From Bilabrum cf. latius (Eukaryota), in contig OZ237745.1 in NCBI GenBank assembly GCA_965178125.1, positions 1,054,001 through 1,118,000 on the forward strand: DNA of 64,000 bases, written 5' to 3'. The notes beneath the pieces were generated by a model, which worked only from the letters and a program-made list of their open reading frames with translations, was not told where the DNA came from and ran no database searches. The position numbers and the translations under genes are program-made. Each line of letters begins with the position of its first letter. Position 1 is the first letter of the stretch. This document shows, one piece after another, positions 13,501 to 30,206 of the stretch.

Positions 13501-15031
13501 CCTGCCCGGGTCCATCGCGGGCGTTCGCCTGGGCCTGTTTGGCCACTCTGAGGGATCTGCCAGGGCAGATGGCGGCATCAACGCGGTGGTGGGCACGGCC
13601 GGCGACGCGACTGCGGCCGCCGCCGCCGGGTACGACGACCTCAACGTGTGGGGCGGGCAGCACGCCGCGCTCGTGGCAGCGGCGAGGGCGGAGGGGCTCT
13701 CCCCCGTGGACATCGGATTGCGCGGCGCCGGCTCCCTCAGCCCGTTTCTGCGGAACGTGGGTAGCTCCCGCGGGGGCCGCTCTGCCGTGGGGCTGCAGGA
13801 GATCGACGGGAGCGGCTTCACGGGTTTGTTTGGAGGTGCTGGGGTCGGGGGCACCTCGGGGCTCCGGTTCGACGCGGGGGGCTCCGGGGGGCCGCCCGCC
13901 GGGCCAGGGGTGGCGGCCGGCGGGGGCGCGTCCTTTGACGGCGGGGACCCCTTCGTGCGAGTAGACCCCGCGACGGGGGACTCGTACCGGCTGCAGGCGG
14001 AAGGAACGTTCCCTGGTTCGGCGGCCAGGGCCCTCCGGGCGGAGGCCTCCGGGGCCGGGCTGGGGACGGGGGTGGCGATGGAGGGCGTGCTGAGCAGCGG
14101 ACTCGGAGGCGCAGGTGCCGGTGTTCCCTCCTGGGGTCGGCTGGGGAGCAGTCCCCCAGAGGGCCTGCTGTACGTGTTCCGGCGAGAGCCCGAGAAGCGG
14201 GGCGGCGGGCGCGGGTCCGTGCTGGTGCAGGCGCCCAGGTGGGCCCCAGGCACGGAGGCGGCTCGCGTGGCCCTGCCGTGGTCGAGGCCAGGGGACGGGC
14301 TGGGAGCCTCCGTGGCGGCGAGCGGGTTTCAGCTGGCGGCGGGGGCCCCCCAGGACTCTCAGCTGTTCCCTGGGGCGGGAAGCCTGGCAGTTTTGGACTC
14401 CGAGTTCACCCGGCTCGGGTTCGAGCAGGAGGACTTCCGGCTGGACCGGAGCAGGGGCGCGAAGCTGGACTTCGCGTCTCAGACGGCTCGGTCGGCGCAG
14501 CTCGGCAGGGAGTTTCCGTCGAATGCCGTGCAGGAAGGAGACTAGCTCGGCTTCATCGTGGTTCCAGTGTTCAGGTACGGCCTCGAGTCTGAGATACAGA
14601 GCACGCTCCACGTGCAGTACACGACCAGGGACGTGACGGCGTTCGGCGTGCCTGGCTGGAAGGCAGACGCGTGCGAGGCGATTCCGAGGCAGGACAGGTC
14701 GAAGGAGTCGTGCGGTGACTATGTGCAGACGGAGGGAGTGCTCGTGTTCGCGCCCGGCCAGCGGCGCCGGGACATTGTGGTCAGGATCGTCGACGACAGC
14801 TGCTACGAGCCGCAAGCGGAGCTTTTTGCGCTGCACCTCGCATCGCCTGGCGGTGCCGGACTACTAGGCCACGGCTACACAACTACAGTACGAATCGATG
14901 ACGACGATTCGACCAGCGGCAGAGATTCCTGCGCAACGCTTGCGGATGGGCTTGGAACAGTCGACGCAAGCCTATTGGAAACGTACCCGGGATTGTATGC
15001 GTCCGAGTCTGCACACGCAGCGCAAGGCTGA
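4571..15031 (+). CDS. Giant (~3,490 aa) secreted or surface protein with Ig-like repeats, FG-GAP (integrin-alpha-type) repeats, EVQ-type repeats and Calx-beta-like domains; start uncertain
   Basis: ORF-track pieces 4535, 5153, 5462, 7106, 7496, 7691, 11516, 12512 and 14558 share one frame and are separated only by TAG; the frame ends in TGA. It has repeated FGxAVA...VVGAP...GAVYVF motifs, a signal-like LAALLLAAGSCFA, and a C-terminal DY...GVLVFAPGQ...IVDD..YE..E.F.L.L...TVRIDDDD. Confidence 0.85.
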
Positions 15032-15099
15032 TTGGCTTGAACAATTAATCTACATTTTCTTCTTTGTAGATGGCGTGCTCCATTGCTTGTGCTTCTGGT

Positions 15100-15117
15100 G
15101 GTGTTTAATTGAACACC
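15100..15117 (-). terminator. Histone 3' hairpin GGTGTTCAATTAAACACC(ACC); first of 22 copies, one after each histone gene
   Basis: The identical 18-mer starts at 15100, 16301, 16655, 17800, 20426, 21617, 22130, 23275, 25901, 27092, 27605, 28750, 29114, 30259, 30772, 31965, 32127, 33272, 33785, 34978, 35140 and 36285. It is always in sense orientation ~45-90 nt after a histone stop. The function is inferred. Confidence 0.8.
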
Positions 15118-15162
15118 GGTTGGTGAGAGTTTCAAACTGGCTAACTGCCAGGCAAACGTCAC

Positions 15163-15564
15163 TCAGTAAGACTGAGACGCGGCCTTGCTCTTCTTGCCCT
15201 TGGTCTTGGGCAGGAGCACCTGGTGGATGTTGGGGAGCACACCGCCGGAAGCGATGGTCACGCTGCCGAACAGCTTGTTGAGCTCCTCGTCGTTGCGCAC
15301 CGCCAGCTGGATGTGCCGGGGGATGATGCGCGCCTTCTTGTTGTCGCGAGCGGCCTGGCCGGCCAGCTCGAGCACCTCAGCGGCGAGGTACTCAAGCACA
15401 GCCGCCATGTACACGGGGGCACCAGAGCCGATGCGCTGGGCCACGCGCTGGTTGCGCATGTAGCGGGCCACACGGCCCACGGGGAACTGCAGACCGGCCT
15501 TCTCAGACCGAGAGACAGACTTGCCAGAGGACTTGCCACGGCCACCCTTTCCTTTGCCAGACAT
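15163..15564 (-). CDS. H2AX: Histone H2A with H2A.X-like C-terminal SQSY tail
   Basis: H2A core AGLQFPVGR...GGVLPNIH, ending KSKAASQSY then TGA. Confidence 0.85.
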   Translation of the reverse strand: MSGKGKGGRGKSSGKSVSRSEKAGLQFPVGRVARYMRNQRVAQRIGSGAPVYMAAVLEYLAAEVLELAGQAARDNKKARIIPRHIQLAVRNDEELNKLFGSVTIASGGVLPNIHQVLLPKTKGKKSKAASQSY

Positions 15565-15862
15565 GTTGTTTTGTTTGTGTTGCTTTGGAATGAGGTTCAG
15601 GTGGATCGAGCCGGAGCTGTTGGATTGCCGTTTGGCGCCGCGCATGGTGCGCAACTTGCATGCATCGATGGACCCGGATTGCATGCATTGTGGGTGCGTG
15701 TGTGTCGTGTAGTCCATGTATGTGCATCTGCATGTATGTTGCAATGCATGATATATCAACACAGCCAGAACAGGTGCATGCATCAACCAACTCAAACTGA
15801 CATCCACGGTCGTTTGCCCTGCCACCACCTTTTCATTCCAAAGCAACAAGAAAAGAACCAAG
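15565..15862. promoter_or_regulatory. Bidirectional H2A/H2B promoter with TCATTCCAA near both starts and a TGCA-rich core; repeated in each H2A/H2B pair
   Basis: The divergent ATGs are ~300 bp apart. There are 10 TGCA tetramers, and TCATTCCAAAGCAAC lies ~30 nt upstream of each ATG. Confidence 0.7.
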
Positions 15863-16213
15863 ATGCCCAAGACCCCGTCCAAGAAGTCCGGCAAGGCCTC
15901 CAAGAAGGCAGCTTCCACCGGAGGCAAGAGGAAGCGCCGTGTGGAGTCGTACGCCACGTACATCTACCGCGTGCTGAAGCAGGTGCACCCCGAGGTGGGC
16001 ATCTCCAAGAAGGGCATGAGCATCATGAACTCGTTCATCAACGACATCTTCGAGCGCGTGTGCACCGAGGCCGCCCGCCTGGGCCAGTACAACAAGAAGG
16101 CCACGCTGTCGAGCCGCGAGGTGCAGACCGCCGTGCGCCTGGTGCTGCCCGGCGAGCTGGCGAAGCACGCCGTGTCTGAGGGCACCAAGGCCGTGACCAA
16201 GTTCTCCCAGTGA
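15863..16213 (+). CDS. H2B: Histone H2B
   Basis: [16 protein letters not shown]...[16 protein letters not shown]. Confidence 0.98.
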   Translation: MPKTPSKKSGKASKKAASTGGKRKRRVESYATYIYRVLKQVHPEVGISKKGMSIMNSFINDIFERVCTEAARLGQYNKKATLSSREVQTAVRLVLPGELAKHAVSEGTKAVTKFSQ

Positions 16214-16724
16214 ATAGCCTGACGGCAGCTGGGTGGACGACGGATGCGCAGCGAATCGCTGTACACACACGGAGCCCTGCCCAAACACAACCAATACCCC
16301 GGTGTTCAATTAAACACCACCATCCACATCGACTACGGCAAACCACACACGAAATCTTTATGATTCAATTTTTCTTTCTGTCTTATTATTAGAGCCTATA
16401 TCAAAGCGTTTGGCAAATGGTACCGGCAGCGAATTCGTTGCTAGAAAAAATTTAGTGGCTTCAGCAGCCGCTTTGCGATCGACAGGAGCCATACACGACT
16501 GGAAATCCATACATGCAACTTCAGCTCATCAGCATCTCTACGATTGTCGTGCTGGAACTGGTGGATCGCAAATTGCGATTCGCAATTCAAGATTCAGATT
16601 TAAGTGCAATGGGGTGATTCTTCGAATTGCTTCTGAGCATTTGGCTTTTTTGGTGGTGTTTAATTGAACACCGGGTTAAGGTTTGGTTTGCTTGAAAGCT
16701 GCTTTCGCGCATTCAAGTGGCTGC

Positions 16725-17720
<996 letters not shown>

Positions 17721-18334
17721 GCGTCCGGCTGATGTTCGATCTGTCGGTCCGCCGGTCGGGCTGGCAGGCGTTCAAACGCAACCACCAAACCACAACCCCG
17801 GTGTTCAATTAAACACCACCCTAAGTAATCCGTTCATCTGATTTTTTAATCCCTGCGAGTAAATTAGCGTAAGCTATGTTTTGAGGATCTTTGAAGAGGC
17901 AAGCTAAATCTCGGCTGAAGTATTGCAGTGTTGCATGCAGCAGCTCTCCATTTGTTATGAAACGAAGCTTTGCAGTGTTCAGTCTTCTGCACAGCAGTGA
18001 TTGCCTGCTTCCACTCTGCAGCTGTGGAGAACTCGGGCTGCCCCACCGTCCATGCGCGAGCAAACCCCCATCGGATGAGTTTCCGCTGTTGCTATCGCTG
18101 AGGGTGCCAACCATTCACCCCTTCGGTCGGCACAGTCGAGCCCTTGTATGTGGATCATTTAAACTTCGCCGTATAGATCTAGGCCAAGTTGTTGTTGGGG
18201 TAGGCCTCCTAAAACCACGCATCGATCCGGAGCTACAACCACGTTTCGATCCGATCCGCGATCCTACGGTGGCCACAGAGCCGAGCACGTCTTTGCACAG
18301 AAAAATAGTTTCCAGTGGCGCACATCCAGAAAAC

Positions 18335-20277
18335 ATGCGTATTCTGCAGTGAGTATCGACCCGTGCGTGGAATAGTCGTTCTGCGTCCCATTAACGTTGC
18401 GCTGAGCGCTAAATTGCATGCATGGCGCTAGTGGCGTTTCTCGAAGTACAGAATGCGGATTGATTCAGGAGGATAACTCCCATCTACTGCACTACGATCA
18501 TAAGTTCTAAATCAAACTGATCGTATTTATCATCATGTGCAGGTTTATTTTAGTTGCGGGAGCGGCGTGCTGCCCTGGCGGCCTCGCTTCGAGCACTTGC
18601 GTGGCAGATGTTTCTGCGAGGACTGTCACGTGCAATACCAAAGAGCCCGGGGAAACTGTGGCACATAGCAACCCATCATCTCCAACTTTGACTTGGGCCA
18701 AGGGGGAAGACGATGTGGCGTCTATCTCGGGCTCAAACATCGCCTCGGATGAGATTGAGACGATACTGACAATCAAGGCAGGTGTGGCCAGCTCCGAGCT
18801 CAAATTCTTGATCGAATCCTCAAGTTTCTCGTTCTACAGGGTTGAATTCATGTGTAAGTTTCGCAACGCGTTAGCATCAAATGACGACGCCGGGATCGAA
18901 CGAGCTGATGTCTGTTCCGCAGCAATGACGCCCGCCCGGCAACTTGAAGCATGCTTCTTCTTTCACACCGCAGGGCAGGAAGTCCAGCCATCTCCTTCAT
19001 CATCATCATCGCCGTCTCCATCTACGACACCGTCAGCGTCGTCGTCGGTCACGCCCAGCATCACGGCCAGCCCCAGCACCAGCCCAACACCCAGCATCAC
19101 GGCCAGCCCCAGCACCAGCCCAACACCCAGCATCACGGCCAGCCCCAGCATCACGGCCAGCCCCAGCACCAGCCCAACACCCAGCATCACGGCCAGCCCC
19201 AGCACCAGCCCAACACCCAGCATCACGACCAGCCCCAGCATCACGGCCAGCCCCAGCACCAGCCCAACACCCAGCATCACGGCCAGCCCAAGCATCACGG
19301 CCAGCCCCAGCACCAGCCCAACACCCAGCATCACGGCCAGCACAAGCAGTAGTCCCAGCCCCAGTTCCACAGCATCTACATCCCCGAGTGCCTGCCCCGT
19401 CACCCCTACGTGCCCGGCCTGTTCGTCATGCCCCGCGGTGCCCACGTGTCCAGCTCAGGCCACTCCGGCGCCTTGCCCGCAGACTGCGACTCCATCGGCA
19501 TGCCCCGTGTGCCCCTCGGGGTCGCAGGCGCAGGAAGCTAGGGACAGCGACACGGTGGCAGGCACGGGCGAGGTGAGCATGAGCATGCCCATGGCGATGG
19601 GCATCGGGGCGGCGGCCGGTGCGGTGGTTTCCATCGGAATCACGCTCCTGATCATGCGCTGGGCGTCACCCCGGGCTAGCCGTGGGCCCATGGGAGCAGC
19701 ACCACGTGGCGCCGCGACATACGCGCCCGTGCAGTCCCCGGCGCGCGGCGCCTCTAGCGGAACTACAACGCTTTCGGTGGCAGCGGCTGAGCGGCCACAA
19801 CGCAGTAGAGTGGCGCAAGACGAGGCCAGCGGCTTTGACCGCTCCCTGTCGCGAGTGCCGCTGCACATTCGGGCCGGCAGCCGCAACGATCCTGTGCGCT
19901 CGTCGATGCCCGGTGTGGCCAACCCAAGGATCGAGACGGAAGGCCATCCGATCACGCCGCTGAGTGACAGCGAGGACGAAGACGGCGGTGGCGAGCCTGC
20001 TGGACTCAAGAGCGAGGGCAAGGGCTCTCGGGCCGAGCGAGTGAGCAGGGCAAGCCGCACGAGCAGCTGCTCGGATGCCGTCGGGCTCGGGGTCATGGCG
20101 GCCTCTGGGCTGCCATCGGTCCTTTCCCCGCCACCAGGCGACGGTGCCACCGCAACTCGTCGTAGCCGGCACTCGCGCATGTCTGATGCGGAGGCTGCTG
20201 CCATGCAAGCGGCGTCACCGAACTCATCCGCACGGAGCAGCCGCGTGTCCGAGTGGGCTGGTAGGGACAGCCACTGA
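18335..20277 (+). CDS. Mucin-like type I membrane protein, copy 1; exons 18335-18348 and 18543-20277
   Basis: A GTGAGT...GCAG intron gives the signal-like MRILQFILVAGAACC. This is followed by a Cys-containing ectodomain, Ser/Thr/Pro repeats, CPxC repeats, the TM segment GIGAAAGAVVSIGITLLIM and a low-complexity tail ending in TGA. Confidence 0.75.
19054..19341 (+). repeat. Coding minisatellite of two 18-bp subunits (PSITAS / PSTSPT); second copy at 24529-24816
   Basis: CCCAGCATCACGGCCAGC and CCCAGCACCAGCCCAACA alternate irregularly. Confidence 0.9.
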
Positions 20278-20530
20278 GGTGCGGATCTGGATGCTCCCAG
20301 GTGGTCTCCAAGTTCACCACTGCAATTGCTACCTTGCACTTTTAAGACTTCTACAAAGCTTATGTGAGTCAACATCCATTCGAGTACAAAGTCAGATTCA
20401 AAATACTTGGATTGTTGCCAATGGTGGTGTTTAATTGAACACCGGGGTATTGGTTGTGTTTGGGCAGGGCTCCGTGTGTGTACAGCGATTCGCTGCGCAT
20501 CCGTCGTCCACCCAGCTGCCGTCAGGCTAT

Positions 20531-20881
20531 TCACTGGGAGAACTTGGTCACGGCCTTGGTGCCCTCAGACACGGCGTGCTTCGCCAGCTCGCCGGGCAGC
20601 ACCAGGCGCACGGCGGTCTGCACCTCGCGGCTCGACAGCGTGGCCTTCTTGTTGTACTGGCCCAGGCGGGCGGCCTCGGTGCACACGCGCTCGAAGATGT
20701 CGTTGATGAACGAGTTCATGATGCTCATGCCCTTCTTGGAGATGCCCACCTCGGGGTGCACCTGCTTCAGCACGCGGTAGATGTACGTGGCGTACGACTC
20801 CACACGGCGCTTCCTCTTGCCTCCGGTGGAAGCTGCCTTCTTGGAGGCCTTGCCGGACTTCTTGGACGGGGTCTTGGGCAT
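20531..20881 (-). CDS. H2B: Histone H2B
   Basis: Same protein as the copy at 15863. Confidence 0.98.
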   Translation of the reverse strand: MPKTPSKKSGKASKKAASTGGKRKRRVESYATYIYRVLKQVHPEVGISKKGMSIMNSFINDIFERVCTEAARLGQYNKKATLSSREVQTAVRLVLPGELAKHAVSEGTKAVTKFSQ

Positions 20882-21179
20882 CTCGGTTCTTTTCTTGTTG
20901 CTTTGGAATGAAGAGGGACCGGCAGGGCAAACGACCGTGGATGTCAGTTTGAGTTGGTTGATGCATGCACCTGTTCTGGCTGTGTTGGTATATCATGCAT
21001 TGCAACATACATGCAGATGCACATTTATGGACTACACAACACACACGCACCCACGATGCATGCAATCCGAGTCCATCGATGCATCCAGGTTGCGCACCAT
21101 GCGCGGCGCCAAACGGCAATCCAACAGCTGCGGCTCGATCCACCTGAACCTCATTCCAAAGCAACACAAACAAAACAAC

Positions 21180-21566
21180 ATGTCTGGCAAAGGAAAGGGT
21201 GGCCGTGGCAAGTCCTCTGGCAAGTCTGTCTCTCGGTCTGAGAAGGCCGGTCTGCAGTTCCCCGTGGGCCGTGTGGCCCGCTACATGCGCAACCAGCGCG
21301 TGGCCCAGCGCATCGGCTCTGGTGCCCCCGTGTACATGGCGGCTGTGCTTGAGTACCTCGCCGCTGAGGTGCTCGAGCTGGCCGGCCAGGCCGCTCGCGA
21401 CAACAAGAAGGCGCGCATCATCCCCCGGCACATCCAGCTGGCGGTGCGCAACGACGAGGAGCTCAACAAGCTGTTCGGCAGCGTGACCATCGCTTCCGGC
21501 GGTGTGCTCCCCAACATCCACCAGGTGCTCCTGCCCAAGACCAAGGGCAAGAAGGGCGGCAAGTAA
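21180..21566 (+). CDS. H2A: Histone H2A (canonical tail KKGGK)
   Basis: [10 protein letters not shown]...[12 protein letters not shown], ending in TAA. Confidence 0.98.
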   Translation: MSGKGKGGRGKSSGKSVSRSEKAGLQFPVGRVARYMRNQRVAQRIGSGAPVYMAAVLEYLAAEVLELAGQAARDNKKARIIPRHIQLAVRNDEELNKLFGSVTIASGGVLPNIHQVLLPKTKGKKGGK

Positions 21567-22199
21567 GCACCCTATCCTGGCGCATGAAGCCTGCAACAAG
21601 CTGGCAAACCAACCCCGGTGTTCAATTAAACACCACCAACCCTGAAATCTGAACAAATCCAAGCATGAATAGCACCATCCAGTCACAATCCCTGTAATAC
21701 AGCTCATCATGGGTGAAGTTTATACGCGCCTGGTGGCTGCAGAGGCGTGAGTATCCTTGCATGAGAACCTTGGGTGGGCGGTCAGACTGGCGAGGGAAGA
21801 CGGGAAACCCAAGAAGACAGACCAGCACAGTATTCGAACGGAAGTAAGGTAGCTCAGTCCAAGTAGCCCCTAAATTTTCAATATTCAAGCGTGCTACGAC
21901 TAGATGGGCGGTCTTTGAAAGAGTCCAGTAAAAGCTCTGGGTGGGGGGCGGAAACTGCTAGGCTGGAACCATGGAGCTCATCCCTTCGTTTCAATGGGCG
22001 ACAGACAACTTGTATTGCAAGTATTTCGAGGTCTACCGTGCTGGGACTACTGGATGGCAACTCAAGATTCAGATTTGAGTGCAATGGGGTGATTCTTCGA
22101 ATTGCTTCTGACCATTTGGCTTTTTTGGTGGTGTTTAATTGAACACCGGGTTAAGGTTTGGTTTGCTTGAAAGCTGCTTTCGCGCATTCAAGTGGCTGC

Positions 22200-23195
<996 letters not shown>

Positions 23196-23809
23196 GCGTC
23201 CGGCTGATGTTCGATCTGTCGGTCCGCCGGTCGGGCTGGCAGGCGTTCAAACGCAACCACCAAACCACAACCCCGGTGTTCAATTAAACACCACCCTAAG
23301 TAATCCGTTCATCTGATTTTTTAATCCCTGCGAGTAAATTAGCGTAAGCTATGTTTTGAGGATCTTTGAAGAGGCAAGCTAAATCTCGGCTGAAGTATTG
23401 CAGTGTTGCATGCAGCAGCTCTCCATTTGTTATGAAACGAAGCTTTGCAGTGTTCAGTCTTCTGCACAGCAGTGATTGCCTGCTTCCACTCTGCAGCTGT
23501 GGAGAACTCGGGCTGCCCCACCGTCCATGCGCGAGCAAACCCCCATCGGATGAGTTTCCGCTGTTGCTATCGCTGAGGGTGCCAACCATTCACCCCTTCG
23601 GTCGGCACAGTCGAGCCCTTGTATGTGGATCATTTAAACTTCGCCGTATAGATCTAGGCCAAGTTGTTGTTGGGGTAGGCCTCCTAAAACCACGCATCGA
23701 TCCGGAGCTACAACCACGTTTCGATCCGATCCGCGATCCTACGGTGGCCACAGAGCCGAGCACGTCTTTGCACAGAAAAATAGTTTCCAGTGGCGCACAT
23801 CCAGAAAAC

Positions 23810-25752
23810 ATGCGTATTCTGCAGTGAGTATCGACCCGTGCGTGGAATAGTCGTTCTGCGTCCCATTAACGTTGCGCTGAGCGCTAAATTGCATGCATGG
23901 CGCTAGTGGCGTTTCTCGAAGTACAGAATGCGGATTGATTCAGGAGGATAACTCCCATCTACTGCACTACGATCATAAGTTCTAAATCAAACTGATCGTA
24001 TTTATCATCATGTGCAGGTTTATTTTAGTTGCGGGAGCGGCGTGCTGCCCTGGCGGCCTCGCTTCGAGCACTTGCGTGGCAGATGTTTCTGCGAGGACTG
24101 TCACGTGCAATACCAAAGAGCCCGGGGAAACTGTGGCACATAGCAACCCATCATCTCCAACTTTGACTTGGGCCAAGGGGGAAGACGATGTGGCGTCTAT
24201 CTCGGGCTCAAACATCGCCTCGGATGAGATTGAGACGATACTGACAATCAAGGCAGGTGTGGCCAGCTCCGAGCTCAAATTCTTGATCGAATCCTCAAGT
24301 TTCTCGTTCTACAGGGTTGAATTCATGTGTAAGTTTCGCAACGCGTTAGCATCAAATGACGACGCCGGGATCGAACGAGCTGATGTCTGTTCCGCAGCAA
24401 TGACGCCCGCCCGGCAACTTGAAGCATGCTTCTTCTTTCACACCGCAGGGCAGGAAGTCCAGCCATCTCCTTCATCATCATCATCGCCGTCTCCATCTAC
24501 GACACCGTCAGCGTCGTCGTCGGTCACGCCCAGCATCACGGCCAGCCCCAGCACCAGCCCAACACCCAGCATCACGGCCAGCCCCAGCACCAGCCCAACA
24601 CCCAGCATCACGGCCAGCCCCAGCATCACGGCCAGCCCCAGCACCAGCCCAACACCCAGCATCACGGCCAGCCCCAGCACCAGCCCAACACCCAGCATCA
24701 CGACCAGCCCCAGCATCACGGCCAGCCCCAGCACCAGCCCAACACCCAGCATCACGGCCAGCCCAAGCATCACGGCCAGCCCCAGCACCAGCCCAACACC
24801 CAGCATCACGGCCAGCACAAGCAGTAGTCCCAGCCCCAGTTCCACAGCATCTACATCCCCGAGTGCCTGCCCCGTCACCCCTACGTGCCCGGCCTGTTCG
24901 TCATGCCCCGCGGTGCCCACGTGTCCAGCTCAGGCCACTCCGGCGCCTTGCCCGCAGACTGCGACTCCATCGGCATGCCCCGTGTGCCCCTCGGGGTCGC
25001 AGGCGCAGGAAGCTAGGGACAGCGACACGGTGGCAGGCACGGGCGAGGTGAGCATGAGCATGCCCATGGCGATGGGCATCGGGGCGGCGGCCGGTGCGGT
25101 GGTTTCCATCGGAATCACGCTCCTGATCATGCGCTGGGCGTCACCCCGGGCTAGCCGTGGGCCCATGGGAGCAGCACCACGTGGCGCCGCGACATACGCG
25201 CCCGTGCAGTCCCCGGCGCGCGGCGCCTCTAGCGGAACTACAACGCTTTCGGTGGCAGCGGCTGAGCGGCCACAACGCAGTAGAGTGGCGCAAGACGAGG
25301 CCAGCGGCTTTGACCGCTCCCTGTCGCGAGTGCCGCTGCACATTCGGGCCGGCAGCCGCAACGATCCTGTGCGCTCGTCGATGCCCGGTGTGGCCAACCC
25401 AAGGATCGAGACGGAAGGCCATCCGATCACGCCGCTGAGTGACAGCGAGGACGAAGACGGCGGTGGCGAGCCTGCTGGACTCAAGAGCGAGGGCAAGGGC
25501 TCTCGGGCCGAGCGAGTGAGCAGGGCAAGCCGCACGAGCAGCTGCTCGGATGCCGTCGGGCTCGGGGTCATGGCGGCCTCTGGGCTGCCATCGGTCCTTT
25601 CCCCGCCACCAGGCGACGGTGCCACCGCAACTCGTCGTAGCCGGCACTCGCGCATGTCTGATGCGGAGGCTGCTGCCATGCAAGCGGCGTCACCGAACTC
25701 ATCCGCACGGAGCAGCCGCGTGTCCGAGTGGGCTGGTAGGGACAGCCACTGA
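23810..25752 (+). CDS. Mucin-like type I membrane protein, copy 2; exons 23810-23823 and 24018-25752
   Basis: Translation is identical to copy 1, offset by +5475. Confidence 0.75.
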
Positions 25753-26005
25753 GGTGCGGATCTGGATGCTCCCAGGTGGTCTCCAAGTTCACCACTGCAA
25801 TTGCTACCTTGCACTTTTAAGACTTCTACAAAGCTTATGTGAGTCAACATCCATTCGAGTACAAAGTCAGATTCAAAATACTTGGATTGTTGCCAATGGT
25901 GGTGTTTAATTGAACACCGGGGTATTGGTTGTGTTTGGGCAGGGCTCCGTGTGTGTACAGCGATTCGCTGCGCATCCGTCGTCCACCCAGCTGCCGTCAG
26001 GCTAT

Positions 26006-26356
26006 TCACTGGGAGAACTTGGTCACGGCCTTGGTGCCCTCAGACACGGCGTGCTTCGCCAGCTCGCCGGGCAGCACCAGGCGCACGGCGGTCTGCACCT
26101 CGCGGCTCGACAGCGTGGCCTTCTTGTTGTACTGGCCCAGGCGGGCGGCCTCGGTGCACACGCGCTCGAAGATGTCGTTGATGAACGAGTTCATGATGCT
26201 CATGCCCTTCTTGGAGATGCCCACCTCGGGGTGCACCTGCTTCAGCACGCGGTAGATGTACGTGGCGTACGACTCCACACGGCGCTTCCTCTTGCCTCCG
26301 GTGGAAGCTGCCTTCTTGGAGGCCTTGCCGGACTTCTTGGACGGGGTCTTGGGCAT
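26006..26356 (-). CDS. H2B: Histone H2B
   Basis: Same H2B protein. Confidence 0.98.
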   Translation of the reverse strand: MPKTPSKKSGKASKKAASTGGKRKRRVESYATYIYRVLKQVHPEVGISKKGMSIMNSFINDIFERVCTEAARLGQYNKKATLSSREVQTAVRLVLPGELAKHAVSEGTKAVTKFSQ

Positions 26357-26654
26357 CTCGGTTCTTTTCTTGTTGCTTTGGAATGAAGAGGGACCGGCAG
26401 GGCAAACGACCGTGGATGTCAGTTTGAGTTGGTTGATGCATGCACCTGTTCTGGCTGTGTTGGTATATCATGCATTGCAACATACATGCAGATGCACATT
26501 TATGGACTACACAACACACACGCACCCACGATGCATGCAATCCGAGTCCATCGATGCATCCAGGTTGCGCACCATGCGCGGCGCCAAACGGCAATCCAAC
26601 AGCTGCGGCTCGATCCACCTGAACCTCATTCCAAAGCAACACAAACAAAACAAC

Positions 26655-27041
26655 ATGTCTGGCAAAGGAAAGGGTGGCCGTGGCAAGTCCTCTGGCAAGT
26701 CTGTCTCTCGGTCTGAGAAGGCCGGTCTGCAGTTCCCCGTGGGCCGTGTGGCCCGCTACATGCGCAACCAGCGCGTGGCCCAGCGCATCGGCTCTGGTGC
26801 CCCCGTGTACATGGCGGCTGTGCTTGAGTACCTCGCCGCTGAGGTGCTCGAGCTGGCCGGCCAGGCCGCTCGCGACAACAAGAAGGCGCGCATCATCCCC
26901 CGGCACATCCAGCTGGCGGTGCGCAACGACGAGGAGCTCAACAAGCTGTTCGGCAGCGTGACCATCGCTTCCGGCGGTGTGCTCCCCAACATCCACCAGG
27001 TGCTCCTGCCCAAGACCAAGGGCAAGAAGGGCGGCAAGTAA
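26655..27041 (+). CDS. H2A: Histone H2A
   Basis: Same protein as the copy at 21180. Confidence 0.98.
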   Translation: MSGKGKGGRGKSSGKSVSRSEKAGLQFPVGRVARYMRNQRVAQRIGSGAPVYMAAVLEYLAAEVLELAGQAARDNKKARIIPRHIQLAVRNDEELNKLFGSVTIASGGVLPNIHQVLLPKTKGKKGGK

Positions 27042-27674
27042 GCACCCTATCCTGGCGCATGAAGCCTGCAACAAGCTGGCAAACCAACCCCGGTGTTCAA
27101 TTAAACACCACCAACCCTGAAATCTGAACAAATCCAAGCATGAATAGCACCATCCAGTCACAATCCCTGTAATACAGCTCATCATGGGTGAAGTTTATAC
27201 GCGCCTGGTGGCTGCAGAGGCGTGAGTATCCTTGCATGAGAACCTTGGGTGGGCGGTCAGACTGGCGAGGGAAGACGGGAAACCCAAGAAGACAGACCAG
27301 CACAGTATTCGAACGGAAGTAAGGTAGCTCAGTCCAAGTAGCCCCTAAATTTTCAATATTCAAGCGTGCTACGACTAGATGGGCGGTCTTTGAAAGAGTC
27401 CAGTAAAAGCTCTGGGTGGGGGGCGGAAACTGCTAGGCTGGAACCATGGAGCTCATCCCTTCGTTTCAATGGGCGACAGACAACTTGTATTGCAAGTATT
27501 TCGAGGTCTACCGTGCTGGGACTACTGGATGGCAACTCAAGATTCAGATTTGAGTGCAATGGGGTGATTCTTCGAATTGCTTCTGACCATTTGGCTTTTT
27601 TGGTGGTGTTTAATTGAACACCGGGTTAAGGTTTGGTTTGCTTGAAAGCTGCTTTCGCGCATTCAAGTGGCTGC

Positions 27675-28670
<996 letters not shown>

Positions 28671-29210
28671 GCGTCCGGCTGATGTTCGATCTGTCGGTCC
28701 GCTGGTCGGGCTGGCAGGCGTTCAAACGCAACCACCAAACCACAACCCCGGTGTTCAATTAAACACCACCATCGATGAAATCAATTACCAAATAAACTAC
28801 TAGTGGAATCCAAAACTACCTGAGATAGCATGACTCTAATCAGTATTTGTCCAAAGAACGATCAAAACAAATCTGGATGCCAAGTACACCACACGGTCCA
28901 TAGAGAATAGTGGTTAAAACAGAACTGTGTTTGTAGACAATGTAGACTTGAGTAGTTGGCGATTGTGATCTTGTGGTCCAGAATTCTGGCTGCTTCATCA
29001 TTGGTAGCATAAAAATTCTTGGGCACTCGGTAGGTCACTTACTCAGAGATTGCTGTCTCAGGTAGTTTTGGATTCCACTAGTAGTTTATTTGGTAATTGA
29101 TTTCATCGATGGTGGTGTTTAATTGAACACCGGGGTTGTGGTTTGGTGGTTGCGTTTGAACGCCTGTCAGCCCGACCAGCGGACCGACAGATCGAACATC
29201 AGCCGGACGC

Positions 29211-30206
<996 letters not shown>

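Noticed and set aside
5639-14836. Long antisense ORFs (e.g. 12593-14836, also 42607-44970 and 58264-60129)
   Set aside because: These are expected shadows of GC-rich coding sequence and have no recognisable domains.
19054-19341. Repeat-rich alternative-frame ORFs (QHHGQPQH, RPAPAPAQHP, VMLGVGLVLGL)
   Set aside because: These are shadow translations of the PSITAS/PSTSPT coding minisatellite.
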